Position numbers and translations under genes: made by a program. From Candidatus Amunia macphersoniae (GTDB lineage: Bacteria; Chloroflexota; Dormibacteria; Aeolococcales; Aeolococcaceae): a stretch of DNA of 64,000 nt. Within the stretch, counting starts at the first letter, position 1; the number at the start of each line of letters is the position of its first letter. The notes beneath the pieces are model-generated. The model saw only the letters and a list, made by a program, of their open reading frames with translations, was not told where the DNA came from and ran no database searches. The stretch is from assembly GCA_016464795.1 (NCBI GenBank), contig JAEKNN010000030.1, positions 3,328 through 67,327 on the forward strand. Reading direction: 5' to 3'. Below, in pieces: positions 49,305 through 59,238 of this stretch.

Positions 49305-50423
49305 CTAGGCCGCGGCGGTGTTGCCCAGCGTGTGGTCCGTCTGCGGGTCGAACGTGTGCACAAGGTCGTCGGCGATGGCGAGCTCGACCCTGTCCCCCAC
49401 CGCAACGCCGCGGGCAACTGGCACCAGGGCGACCACCTCGGTGCCACCCACGGTGGCATGGAGCAACGCGTCGTTGCCAAGGAACTCGACAACGTCCACC
49501 AGCACCGGCACCCGGACAGCGTTGGACGTGTGGGCGGTGGCGACGTCCAGGTGTTCGGGACGCATCCCGATGGTCAGGGTCTGTCCGTCGCCGCAGGTCC
49601 GAGCCGCCGCGGCCGCTCGCCCGCTCAGGGTGATCTGCAGGCCGTCCAGCGCGAGCGCAGCGGCGGCTCCGTCGTGAGCCACGCGGCCGGTGAGGAAGTT
49701 CATCGCCGGCGAGCCGATGAAGCCGGCAACGAAGAGATTGACGGGGTGCTCGTACAGCTCCTGCGGGGTGCCCACCTGCTGCAGAAGGCCATCGCGCATC
49801 ACGCAGATCCTGTCGCCCATGGTCATCGCCTCCACCTGATCGTGGGTGACGTAGACGATGGTGGTTCCGAGACGCTGGTGGAGGCGTGCGATCTCGGCGC
49901 GGGTCTGCACCCGCAGCTTGGCGTCGAGGTTGCTGAGTGGCTCATCCATGAGGAAGGCGGCCGGGTCGCGGACGATCGCCCGTCCGAGCGCCACGCGCTG
50001 CCGCTGACCACCGCTCAACTCACCTGGCTTGCGGTCCAGCAGCTTCTCCAGCCCGAGGATCTGCGCAGCCTCACGCACCTTGCTCTCGACCTCCGCCTTC
50101 GGCGCCTTGCGCATGCGGATGCTGAACGCCATGTTCTCGAACAGGCTCATGTGTGGGTACAGCGCGTAGCTCTGGAACACCATGGCGATGTCGCGATCCT
50201 TGGGCGGCAGGTCGTTGACCACGCGGTCACCGATCAGGATGTCTCCGGAGCTGATGTCCTCGAGCCCGGCGAGACAGCGCAGCGCTGTCGTCTTCCCGCA
50301 GCCTGACGGGCCCACCAGCACCAGGAACTCACCGTCCTTGACATCCAGGTTGAGATCGTTGACCGCCAGTCCCTCCGCACCGCTGTAGCGCTTGTCGACG
50401 TGCTGGAACTCGATGCGCGCCAT
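49305..50423 (-). CDS. Sugar ABC transporter ATPase (MsiK/UgpC family)
   Basis: GPSGCGKT, MVFQSYALYPH, LSGGQRQRVA, DEPLSNLDAKLR and GFIGSPAMN motifs. Confidence 0.95.
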   Translation of the reverse strand: MARIEFQHVDKRYSGAEGLAVNDLNLDVKDGEFLVLVGPSGCGKTTALRCLAGLEDISSGDILIGDRVVNDLPPKDRDIAMVFQSYALYPHMSLFENMAFSIRMRKAPKAEVESKVREAAQILGLEKLLDRKPGELSGGQRQRVALGRAIVRDPAAFLMDEPLSNLDAKLRVQTRAEIARLHQRLGTTIVYVTHDQVEAMTMGDRICVMRDGLLQQVGTPQELYEHPVNLFVAGFIGSPAMNFLTGRVAHDGAAAALALDGLQITLSGRAAAAARTCGDGQTLTIGMRPEHLDVATAHTSNAVRVPVLVDVVEFLGNDALLHATVGGTEVVALVPVARGVAVGDRVELAIADDLVHTFDPQTDHTLGNTAAA

Positions 50424-50444
50424 CTCAGACCGCCCTCCCCGTGC

Positions 50445-51335
50445 TCACTTGACAGCGCCGGCGAGCACGCCGCGCACGAAGTAGCGCTGGAAGGCGAAGA
50501 ACACTCCCAGCGGGATGATCATCGACACGAACGACGCCGTCGAGATGAGATCGATGTTGGAGCCGAACTGCCGGAGCTGGCCCAGGATCGCCACTGTGAT
50601 CGGCACATGCGAGGAGCCGCTCAGGAAGACGAGCGAGACCAGGAGGTCATTCCACACCCACAGGAACTCGAAGATGGCCAGAGAGGCCAGGGCGGGCTTG
50701 CCGAGCGGGAGCACGATGCGGCGGAACATCATCCATTCGTTGGCCCCGTCGATGCGGGCGGCTTCGAGAAGGTCCTTGGGTATGCCTGTGTAGAAGTTTC
50801 GCATCAGGAAGATCGCGAACGGCAGCCCGAACGCCACATGAAAAAGGACCACACCCGGGATGGAGTTGAACAGTCCGACGCTGCGGTACAGGCTGGCCAC
50901 CGGGATCAGCGCCATCTGCAGCGGCACCACCATCAGGGCGACGATCAGAACCAGCACCCAGTCGCGTCCGCGCCAGCGCAGGAACACCAGCCCATACGCG
51001 GCCAGGGAAGCGATCAGCACCACCAGCAGCGTCGCCGGCACGGTGATCAGAGCGGTGGTGAGGATCGCGTCGCCGATCCCGCCCGTCTGCAGGATGTGGC
51101 GGTAGTTGTCGAGGGTGAGCGTGAAGGGATGCGCGATCGCCTGCCACCAACCGGCCGAGAAGAAGTCCTGGGCGGGCCGGAATGAGGTGACCAGCAGGCC
51201 AAAGCTGGGCAGCAGCCAGAGCAGCCCGATGACCACAAGGATGATGTTGACGGTGCTGCGGGAGAAGAGCCGGCGCAGCCGGCCCTGTCGCCGCCCCTGT
51301 CGAGGTGTGGTCAGCGGCGCGGCGACAGCCGTCAT
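50445..51335 (-). CDS. Carbohydrate ABC transporter permease (AglG/MalG-like)
   Basis: EAARIDGA, FLWVWNDLL and QRYFVRG motifs; ATG 51335 overlaps the upstream stop. Confidence 0.93.
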   Translation of the reverse strand: MTAVAAPLTTPRQGRRQGRLRRLFSRSTVNIILVVIGLLWLLPSFGLLVTSFRPAQDFFSAGWWQAIAHPFTLTLDNYRHILQTGGIGDAILTTALITVPATLLVVLIASLAAYGLVFLRWRGRDWVLVLIVALMVVPLQMALIPVASLYRSVGLFNSIPGVVLFHVAFGLPFAIFLMRNFYTGIPKDLLEAARIDGANEWMMFRRIVLPLGKPALASLAIFEFLWVWNDLLVSLVFLSGSSHVPITVAILGQLRQFGSNIDLISTASFVSMIIPLGVFFAFQRYFVRGVLAGAVK

Positions 51336-52738
51336 CCGCGGATCCTGCGGATGTTGACGAAGATCACCGGCACCACCAGCACGAACAGGAACACCGCGAG
51401 GGCGCTGCCCAGGCCGTAGTCCGGCGAGCCACCGAACCCGATGCGCCACATCTCCAGGGCGATGACGTTGGCCTGCTGCTGCGCTGAGTCCGGGACCAGC
51501 GCCAGGATGATGTCGAAGATCTTCAGGACATTGATGATCATGGTGATGAAGACCACGATGAGCACCGGTCGCAGCAACGGGAAGGTGATGTAGCGGAAGG
51601 TCTGCAACTCGCTCGCGCCATCCATTCGCGCCGCCTCGAGCACCTCGCGGTTGAGCGCAGCCAGCCCTGCCCCGATCACCACCATGGCAAATCCCGACCA
51701 CATCCAGAGCATCGCCATGATTGCGGCGAGATCCACCAACGGAATCGTCAGCAGGGCCTGCCCGGTGGTGCCGAGGCTGCTCGTCGGCGTCAGCGATTGC
51801 GTCCCCAGCCAGTTGACGCCGCCGAAGGCAGTCCTGAAGTTGGAGGCGTCCAGCGCCACGTGGTACGTCCCTGCGGCAGCGCCGTCGAACCTGAACGCTC
51901 CGTCGTTGCCGCTGGTGGTGGTCGCCACCGTCTTGTCATCCGCGCCCACCAGGTTCAGATGGAGGCCGGGAAGCCCCTTCTCACCGGGATCGATGGTTCC
52001 GACGTGGCCGCCCGGCGAGAAATCGCGCCAGACCAAACCGGAGATGGCGGTCGCCACTGTCGCGGCGGCCCTGGCGTCCTGCGCCGCCGGAGGCACGGCG
52101 CTGAGGGGGATGCCCGTCAGTCCCAGCCTCACGGTCCCACCGGGCTGCACTGTCTGCGCGCTGACCATGCTGCCGTCAGCAGCGCCGGAGACACCGCTGA
52201 TCGGCTTGATGTTGGGAAGCGCGTAGAGGCCAGGCGGATGGATCACATCGACCACCGTGCCCACCGCCGAGTTGATGACCCCGCGGTGAGGGTCGGTCTC
52301 GTACACGATCCGCCAGATCACGCCGGTGGCGAAGAGGCTGATCGCCATCGGCATGAAGACGACAGTCTTGAAGGCTGTCGCCCAGCGGATGCGCTCGGTG
52401 AGGACCGCGAACACGAGCCCGAGGAAGGTGACCAGGAAGGGGAAGACGATGACCCAGATGGCGTTGTTGCGGATCGCCACCAGGATGTCAGAGGTGCCGA
52501 AGAGCGTCCTGTAGTTGTCGGCGCCGACGAAGGTGTTGCCGTTCTTGTCGTAGAGGCTTCGTGCCACGCTGGCGACGGCGGGATAGACGACGATCGCCCC
52601 GAGCAGCAGGGCCGCCGGGAACATGAACAGCACCACCACCGCGCTGCGCGGGACGCCCCCCCGCCGGGGCGGGCGTCCGGTGCGCACCTCGGGGATGGGC
52701 CGGGCTCGCGGCGCTGCGGCAGAAGGGACTGCCGTCAT
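51332..52738 (-). CDS. Carbohydrate ABC transporter permease (AglF/MalF-like) with an inserted SdrD-B/Cna-B-like domain
   Basis: EAARMDGA motif; loop insert ISGLVWRDF..IDPGEKGLPG..LVGADDKTVATTTSGNDGAFRF. Confidence 0.88.
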   Translation of the reverse strand: MTAVPSAAAPRARPIPEVRTGRPPRRGGVPRSAVVVLFMFPAALLLGAIVVYPAVASVARSLYDKNGNTFVGADNYRTLFGTSDILVAIRNNAIWVIVFPFLVTFLGLVFAVLTERIRWATAFKTVVFMPMAISLFATGVIWRIVYETDPHRGVINSAVGTVVDVIHPPGLYALPNIKPISGVSGAADGSMVSAQTVQPGGTVRLGLTGIPLSAVPPAAQDARAAATVATAISGLVWRDFSPGGHVGTIDPGEKGLPGLHLNLVGADDKTVATTTSGNDGAFRFDGAAAGTYHVALDASNFRTAFGGVNWLGTQSLTPTSSLGTTGQALLTIPLVDLAAIMAMLWMWSGFAMVVIGAGLAALNREVLEAARMDGASELQTFRYITFPLLRPVLIVVFITMIINVLKIFDIILALVPDSAQQQANVIALEMWRIGFGGSPDYGLGSALAVFLFVLVVPVIFVNIRRIRG

Positions 52739-52759
52739 GCCGCGACCCGGCCCCTGCGC

Positions 52760-54094
52760 TCAGTGGCCGTATGCAGCGACGGCATCTGCCTCGAGCTTGG
52801 CCTCGGTGCCGGCGATGTCGCTGGTGTTGCGGACCCAGTTCTGCAGGTCAGCCCACTCCCCTGACCCGGCGGTGCCGCCAAAGGCCGCAGGCGCCTGGTC
52901 ACTCATGTCGAAGACGGCGTTGTTGCCGGCGTCGACCAGCGCTTTGGCGGCGGCACGCGAGATGTCGTCGGGGTAGACGGACTGGTTCACCTGCTTGTTG
53001 GGGGACGTGAACCCGCCGAGGTGGGCCCAGATCGAGCCTGCGTCAGGCGATGCCAGGTACTTCATCAGCGCCTCCGACTGTGGCGTGTCCTTGAGCATCA
53101 CCGCCACATCGCCACCAGCCGACACGGCTGCGGGCGAACCGTTGATCGACGGGAAGGGGAAGAAGTTGAAGCCGGTGCCCGCGGCAAGGCCGCTGTTGAC
53201 AGTCGGGATCACACCGGCCACGAAGTCGGCCTCGTACAGCATGGCGGCCTTCGGCGTGCTGCCGAACGCCTGGCTGACGCAGTCCGGGAACGGGGTGGAC
53301 ACCGCGCCCGCCTTGCCGCCCACCATGTTGGCGTCGGTTCCGAAGATCTTCGACAGGGTCTGGAACGTGGTGGTCACGGTGGGATCAGTCCAGGGGATGG
53401 TGTGCGCCGCCAGCTGGTTGTACTTGTCGACGCCGGCAACCCGCAAATAGACGTTCTCGAACCAGTCGGTCAGCGTCCAGCCGGAGCCACCGCACATCGC
53501 AAACGGGGTGACGCCCGACTGCTGCAGAGTGCTCATGTCGGTGAGCAGCTGGTCGAACGTGGCCGGGGGCTTGGTGATGCCCGCGTCGGTGAAGCTCTTG
53601 ACGTTGTACCAGACGGTGCTCTTGTTGGCTGTCTTGAAGTACACGCCGTACGTCTTGCCGCTGTCGGTGGCGAGGTTCTTCCACACCGGCGCGTACTGGC
53701 TGGTGAGGATGTCGCCGACCACGCTGTCGATCGGCTTCAACGCGTTCTTCTTGACCAGGTCGTGGAGCAATCCGGGTTGCGGCAGGATGGCGACGTCTGG
53801 CGGCGCGCCGCCGGCGATGGCGGTGCCGAGAACGGTGGGCAGCTGGTCGCCCTTCGACTGGAACTGGCCGGTGACCCCGGTCTTGGTGTTGAAGTCGGCG
53901 AGGACAGCCTGGAAGTCCTTCTGCTCGGTGCCGGACCACACCGCCCAGACGCTGACGTTGCCGCCGATGGCCTGCGGAGTGCCACCACCGGCGGGGCTGC
54001 TGCTGGAGGTGCTCGAGCTGCCGCAGGCCGACAGCGTGAGCACGGCGGCGGTGGTCAGCACTCCAAGGGCTCGCCGCTGATCTCTCGTCTGCAT
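52760..54094 (-). CDS. Sugar ABC transporter substrate-binding lipoprotein (AglE-like)
   Basis: Lipobox LSAC; PPDVAILPQPG, KS.VWYN, GWTLTDWFEN and FDMSD motifs. Confidence 0.9.
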   Translation of the reverse strand: MQTRDQRRALGVLTTAAVLTLSACGSSSTSSSSPAGGGTPQAIGGNVSVWAVWSGTEQKDFQAVLADFNTKTGVTGQFQSKGDQLPTVLGTAIAGGAPPDVAILPQPGLLHDLVKKNALKPIDSVVGDILTSQYAPVWKNLATDSGKTYGVYFKTANKSTVWYNVKSFTDAGITKPPATFDQLLTDMSTLQQSGVTPFAMCGGSGWTLTDWFENVYLRVAGVDKYNQLAAHTIPWTDPTVTTTFQTLSKIFGTDANMVGGKAGAVSTPFPDCVSQAFGSTPKAAMLYEADFVAGVIPTVNSGLAAGTGFNFFPFPSINGSPAAVSAGGDVAVMLKDTPQSEALMKYLASPDAGSIWAHLGGFTSPNKQVNQSVYPDDISRAAAKALVDAGNNAVFDMSDQAPAAFGGTAGSGEWADLQNWVRNTSDIAGTEAKLEADAVAAYGH

Positions 54095-54182
54095 GCTGAC
54101 TCCTCCGTTCGCCATCCCCGCAGTCATCGTCGGCCGGCGGCATCCGTGAGGGGCTGTTCACGCCACCATTTCGGATGCTACG

Positions 54183-54197
54183 CCGGTTGTTAACCGG
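54183..54197. promoter_or_regulatory. Candidate operator upstream of the sugar ABC operon
   Basis: Inverted repeat CCGGTT-gtt-AACCGG, about 90 nt upstream of the binding-protein start. Confidence 0.35.
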
Positions 54198-54203
54198 TGC
54201 GCA

Positions 54204-55000
54204 ATGCCCAAGCCGTCGTGGATGCGAACTGTGCAGCGCGCACGGGTCTGGCTTTGGGCCTCGATCACCTGGCCGCAGGTGCTCGCGTGGAGGCTCCGAC
54301 GCCAGCACCTCGATCCCCCGGGCGGTGTCGGGGCCGTGGAGGTGGTGCGGCGGCTCGCCGGCGTCCAGGCCCAGGTCGCCTCAGCCGCGGAGCTGGCGAT
54401 TCGCATTCGTCAGCTCGCTCCGGCCCGGGATGAGGTGAGGCGCGCACTCGTCGAGGACCGCTCGCTCGTCAACGCCTCGGCCGCGGCCACCCCCAGGGCC
54501 TGCCCTCTACCGAGGCGGCCGCACCTCGTGTGATCCGGCGCTACCTCGCTGCGCACGGGCCGGCCACTCCGGCAGCCTTCAGCGCCTGGTTGGCGCGGGG
54601 GCTGGGGGCCGGCATGGTCAAGCGCTGGTTCGATGCGATGCAGGACGAGCTGGCGGCCGTCGACGTTGCCGGCCGGCCGATGCAACTCTTGCGCAGCGAC
54701 GTGGGCAGCCTTCATGCGCAGCAACCCAGCGATGTCGTCTGCCTGCTGGGCGGCTTCGACCAGTACCTCCTGGGCGCCGGCACCGACGCTGAGCAGATCG
54801 TCCCCAAAGAGCACCGCACCAAGGTGAGTCGAACGGCCGGGTGGATCTCACCGGTGGTCGTCCGGGGCGGTCGCGTGGTCGGGACCTGGACGTGGGAGGC
54901 CGCCGGCGGCGAGGTGGCACTGTCGCTCTGGGAGACGCTGCCGCGAGCGCTGTCGGAGCCGGCGGTGGCGCGCATTCGCAGCCTGCTGCGAGCCGTGTGA
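54204..55000 (+). pseudogene. AlkZ/YcaQ-like (HTH_42) DNA glycosylase, internally deleted and frameshifted
   Basis: N-part WRLRRQHL..GVQAQ..AELA..EDRSLV breaks near 54470. C-part RRYLAAHGPAT..LLGGFDQYLL..GRVVGTW is in another frame. The conserved RGTLH segment is absent. Confidence 0.75.
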
Positions 55001-55119
55001 TGCGCCGCTGACCCGAGCGGACAGTTGCGCTGAGGTCAGGTCCTGTCCACGCGAGAGCTGACCGCCGTCGGCCTGCATGGTTACAGACGCCAACGCTGCG
55101 CGGCTGTGAACCGCGCGAC

Positions 55120-56775
55120 GTGTACCCTGTGAGTGTTCCCACACCCATACCTTCAGGACGTCCTCTTGTGCTCACCCTCACCTCCGCCCGCGTCGAGATC
55201 GGCGCGCGCACGCTCCTGAAGGACACCTCCCTGCTGATCAAGCAAGGAGAGAAGGTGGCCCTGGTGGGCGCCAACGGCATGGGCAAGACCACCCTGCTGC
55301 GGTCGATCGCCGGTGATCACACACTCACCGCCGGCAGCGTGATGGTGCCCAATCGCACCGGGTATCTCCGTCAGGAGACGCCCCGGCTGGACGCCACCGA
55401 CGGTCAGACCGCCCTGGACTACCTGATGGAGTCGAGCCCGCTGACGGCGATGCATCGGGAGATGGATCGCCTCACCGCCGCCATGTCCGCCACCACCGGC
55501 GCGGAGCTCGACATGGCGATCGAGCAGTACGGAGAGCTCCAGGACCGCTTCGCGCAGGGCGGCGGGTACGAGCTCGAGGCCACCGCGGAGCAGATCGCCA
55601 ATGGTGTCGGCCTGGACGACGAGACGCTGTTGACACCGGTCGCCGCCCTCTCCGGCGGCCAGCGCCGCAAGCTCGACCTCGCCGGGCTGCTGCTGGCCGG
55701 GGGCGATCTCTTCATCCTCGACGAGCCCACCAACCATCTGGATGTCTCAGCCAAGAGATGGGTGATGAACTTCCTCGGCCAGACCGAGGCGACAGTGCTG
55801 GTGGTCAGCCACGACCTCAAGCTCATGGATTCCTCGTTCGATCGCGTGCTGGCGCTCGAGAACGCGCAGATCGACAGCTACAAGGGCACCTACAGCGACT
55901 TCGTTCGCCAGCGCGCGGAGAGCGCGGCGCAACGCGCTCATCAGGCGAGGAGCCTTGGCAGGGAAGCGTCGCGGCTGACCGAGACCAAGAAGGTGTTCTC
56001 CAAGGGCAACGCCACCCATGCCGCCAAGCGCAGGGCTCTGCAGCGTCGCATCGATGCGCTCACCGAGCGCATGAAGGACCACGCGCCGCCGGTCCAACGG
56101 CGCCAGCTGCGGGTTCGCTTTCCGGAACCAGAGCGCGCCGGCGACCAGGTGCTCGACGTCACCGGCCTGTCCAAGGCCTTCGACGCGCACCAGGTGTTCT
56201 CGGGCGTGGAGCTCAACCTCCGGCGCGGCGACATGCTCCTGCTGGTGGGGGTCAACGGGGCCGGCAAGACGACCTTGCTGCGCTGCCTGGCGGGCCGCGA
56301 GACACCTGACTGCGGGTCGGTGCGCATCGGGGCCAATGTCAAGGTCGGCTACTACGCGCAGGAGCACGAGGACATCCTCCCCATGGTGTCAGTGCTCGAC
56401 AACCTGCGCAGCAGCGTGCCCGATGCCTCCGAGGGCGAGCTCCGTGGCGTGCTCGGACATTTCGGCCTGGTCGGCGACGTGGCCGCTCAGCGGGCAGGGA
56501 CTCTCTCCGGCGGCGAGAAGACCAAGCTGGCCCTGGCCCGCCTGATGGTTGCCCGGGCCAACCTGCTGCTGCTCGACGAGCCCACCAACAACCTCGACCC
56601 GCAGTCGGTCGAGGCGCTGCTGGCGGCCCTGCAGCACTACGAAGGCACAGTGGTGCTGGTCAGCCACGACGCCGAGTTCGTCTCTCAGCTGGCCCCGGAG
56701 CGGATCCTGCTGCTGCCTGAGAGCCAGGTGACCTACTTCGACGAGAAGATCCTGGAGATGATCCCCCAGCGTTAA
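55120..56775 (+). CDS. ABC-F family ATPase
   Basis: Two ABC domains (GANGMGKT / LSGGQ / DEPTNHLD and GVNGAGKT / LSGGE / DEPTNNLD), no TM segments. Confidence 0.93.
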   Translation: MYPVSVPTPIPSGRPLVLTLTSARVEIGARTLLKDTSLLIKQGEKVALVGANGMGKTTLLRSIAGDHTLTAGSVMVPNRTGYLRQETPRLDATDGQTALDYLMESSPLTAMHREMDRLTAAMSATTGAELDMAIEQYGELQDRFAQGGGYELEATAEQIANGVGLDDETLLTPVAALSGGQRRKLDLAGLLLAGGDLFILDEPTNHLDVSAKRWVMNFLGQTEATVLVVSHDLKLMDSSFDRVLALENAQIDSYKGTYSDFVRQRAESAAQRAHQARSLGREASRLTETKKVFSKGNATHAAKRRALQRRIDALTERMKDHAPPVQRRQLRVRFPEPERAGDQVLDVTGLSKAFDAHQVFSGVELNLRRGDMLLLVGVNGAGKTTLLRCLAGRETPDCGSVRIGANVKVGYYAQEHEDILPMVSVLDNLRSSVPDASEGELRGVLGHFGLVGDVAAQRAGTLSGGEKTKLALARLMVARANLLLLDEPTNNLDPQSVEALLAALQHYEGTVVLVSHDAEFVSQLAPERILLLPESQVTYFDEKILEMIPQR

Positions 56776-56856
56776 TAGAATGGTGAGCCCTCTCCTTCAC
56801 AGGGGGCCGATGACGACCCGCCAGGAGGCGACGACGGGGGGTCGCCCCTCCCCCGG

Positions 56857-57399
56857 TCAGCTCGGGGACGAGACGTAGGGTGGCCGGTCACCCCCAGGGT
56901 TGAGGGCGGCACGCGCAAGGATCCCGGCGGCGGCCCCCGCCAGGAGCACACCGTAGGCCCAGCCGTCACTGAACGCCAGATACAAGGGGCCTCCGCTCAG
57001 TGATGCCGGAGTGATCGTCAGCACGACCTCCAGGGCGGCCACCGACAACAGGGTCATCGCTGACGCCACATACGCTGTCGAGGCGTGAAGTGCGCGCAAG
57101 CTGAGGAGTGCCGCCGCAACCGCCAGGAAGATGAGCTCGTCGCGATACCGTCCGGCCTCGATGTGGTCGGCCACGGTCAGCGCGATCCCAAGTGCCAGCA
57201 GGGTGCAGCCACTGCCGACGAATCGACGGCCGCGCTCGACCAGCCAGGCGGCGAGCAGGGTCGCCCCGAGCGCGATGACGATCTCCTGGACATGGTGGCG
57301 GGTCAGACCCATGGCCACGGTCAACGCGGCACCGGCGAGCAGGACGACGGCGGCGGCAGCGGTGCGCCGGCTCGCGCTCGTCATCGTCCCAGTCACCAT
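56857..57399 (-). CDS. Hypothetical multi-pass membrane protein
   Basis: About 6 hydrophobic segments; RBS GGAGG before ATG 57399. Confidence 0.65.
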   Translation of the reverse strand: MVTGTMTSASRRTAAAAVVLLAGAALTVAMGLTRHHVQEIVIALGATLLAAWLVERGRRFVGSGCTLLALGIALTVADHIEAGRYRDELIFLAVAAALLSLRALHASTAYVASAMTLLSVAALEVVLTITPASLSGGPLYLAFSDGWAYGVLLAGAAAGILARAALNPGGDRPPYVSSPS

Positions 57400-57455
57400 G
57401 CCTCCAGTGTGGGCCGTGCGGCACCTCGCTCGACCTCCCCGATCGGCCGCATCAG

Positions 57456-57833
57456 TCAGGCACGGCGCGATGGCGCGCTGCACGGTACGCAGACATCGGC
57501 CCACGGGACCAGCTCGAGCCTGGCCGCGGGGATGGGCCGCCCGCAGACAGCGCAGTGTCCGTACGACCCATCGTCGAGCCGGTCCAGGGCTCGGTCGATC
57601 TCGCGCACCGTCTCGTACAGGGTGCGCGCCTGGAAGGCGCCGTTCATCCGCTCGATGGCGTAGGTGGTGCCGTCGCCGATGCGCTTGCCGAAGTTGAGGT
57701 TGGAGGTCTCCGCAGGGTCGTGAGCGCCGAGGTGCGCGACGGTGGCGAGCAGCTCGGCTCGTTTCTCGGCCAGCGCTGCGCGGACATCCTGCGACGACGA
57801 CAGGGTGCCGAGCTGGTCGTCCTGCTGGTCCAC
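57456..57833 (-). CDS. TraR/DksA C4-type zinc finger protein
   Basis: EIDRALDRLDDGSYGHCAVCGRPI..RLE..PWA..CVPC. Confidence 0.9.
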   Translation of the reverse strand: MDQQDDQLGTLSSSQDVRAALAEKRAELLATVAHLGAHDPAETSNLNFGKRIGDGTTYAIERMNGAFQARTLYETVREIDRALDRLDDGSYGHCAVCGRPIPAARLELVPWADVCVPCSAPSRRA

Positions 57834-57899
57834 CAGCCCACGGTACGCCTCACCGGCGATCCGGCAAAGTCCCGCGTGGGAAGCGAGGGGGTCCGGGCC

Positions 57900-58817
57900 T
57901 CAGACTGCCGGCTGGTGGCGGCGGCGCGCTCTGGCAACCCAGACGGCGAGGAGCGAGCCGAGGCCGGCGATGACCAAGGCGGACGCTTCGGGCTGCCCGG
58001 CGGCTCCGCCGGTGTGGGGGACGTTGGGAACGGGCGGCTGCCCGTTGCCCGTGGTCGGGCCGCCTGGGCCGCCGCCGGGCGATGCCGTGGTCGGAGTGGT
58101 CGTCGGTCCGGGACTCACCACACTCGCGGTGACGTTGTTGGTGATCGCAGTGCTGCACATCACCTTGCTGCCACCGCCATTGTCGGAGCCGTTGCACTCG
58201 TTGACAGCGATCGGCAGCGTCGCGGCTGCGGTGGTGCCAGACGTGACTGTGCAGTTCAGACCCACCAGGGTGCCCCCGTTCGCGGACCCGTTGCACTCGG
58301 TGACATCGGCGCCGGTCGTGGTCGCGGGAAATGGGTTGCAGCTCACCTTGGGGGCTCCGAGCCCGTCACCGGAGCCGTTGCACTGGTTGACGGTGGCAGG
58401 GGTGACCGTGGTTGCGCCGGTGATGTTGTTGGTGACCCGAACCGTGCAGGTCATGGTGCTGCCGCCACCGTTGCCAGCGTTGTTGCACTGGTGGACTGAC
58501 GTGACCAGCTGGGTCGGATAGTTTGTGGTGGTGCCAGCGGTCTCGCCGCAGACCACGTTGGTGCCGGCACAGTGCCGGGCCACGGTGACCTGCGAGCTGG
58601 TGACGTTGCCGTCGAGGGTGTTGGTGATGGTCACGTCGCAGGAGATCACGCTCCCGCCACCGTCCGCGCCGTTGCACTGGGCGATGTCGACTGGTGCGCT
58701 GGCACTGACCGGCGTCGACCCGAGAGCGGTCGCCACCAGGATGAGTCCGAGCGCCCCGGTCAGCGACCACCCCAGGCGAAAACCATCTCGGGCGCGAGTC
58801 GTACGTCTGAAGGTCAC
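57900..58817 (-). CDS. Secreted Cys/Gly/Thr-rich repeat protein with LPXTG-like (VPHTG) anchor
   Basis: Signal peptide; five (Q/E)CN..xGG..C repeats; Pro/Thr linker; VPHTG-TM-RARRR. Confidence 0.8.
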   Translation of the reverse strand: MTFRRTTRARDGFRLGWSLTGALGLILVATALGSTPVSASAPVDIAQCNGADGGGSVISCDVTITNTLDGNVTSSQVTVARHCAGTNVVCGETAGTTTNYPTQLVTSVHQCNNAGNGGGSTMTCTVRVTNNITGATTVTPATVNQCNGSGDGLGAPKVSCNPFPATTTGADVTECNGSANGGTLVGLNCTVTSGTTAAATLPIAVNECNGSDNGGGSKVMCSTAITNNVTASVVSPGPTTTPTTASPGGGPGGPTTGNGQPPVPNVPHTGGAAGQPEASALVIAGLGSLLAVWVARARRRHQPAV

Positions 58818-59238
58818 TGGTGAAATTCCTCATGAGCCACATGTCTGGGTGGTTCAGAGGGCCCCGGAACTGAACCCCTTCTCATGGGACCATGCCATGA
58901 AGTCTCGCGTGCGCGAGGTCTGTGACTGAGTGTCCACGAGCCCGTTACGCTGTTGACGCGCTGGGGGGTGTGAGGGAGCGCCGGCGGCCTCGGGGTTTGC
59001 TGACAACACACCGCGCTGAGGAGGGTATGGCGACCCCCACCCCGGGGGCCGGCACCGCTTGTACCACGGTCGTACCCGCGGTGGCAATAGTTGATCGAGG
59101 GAAGGTAGGTGGCTGGCCGGGACGAGTACTCTACGCGCCGAGGTCTGGCCGAACCTTGCCCACGATTGTGCAGGGAGAGATTGGACGTTCGATAATGGGG
59201 GCACTCAACGAGTGTCCGGGAAGCTTTGGGAGGATCTC

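Noticed and set aside
58818-59238. Possible riboswitch in the 420-nt divergent intergenic region (GGTTCAG..CTGAACC hairpin; GCAAACC on the minus strand)
   Set aside because: It does not match the full c-di-GMP-I, c-di-AMP or NiCo consensus as far as I can judge; an Infernal/Rfam scan would be needed.
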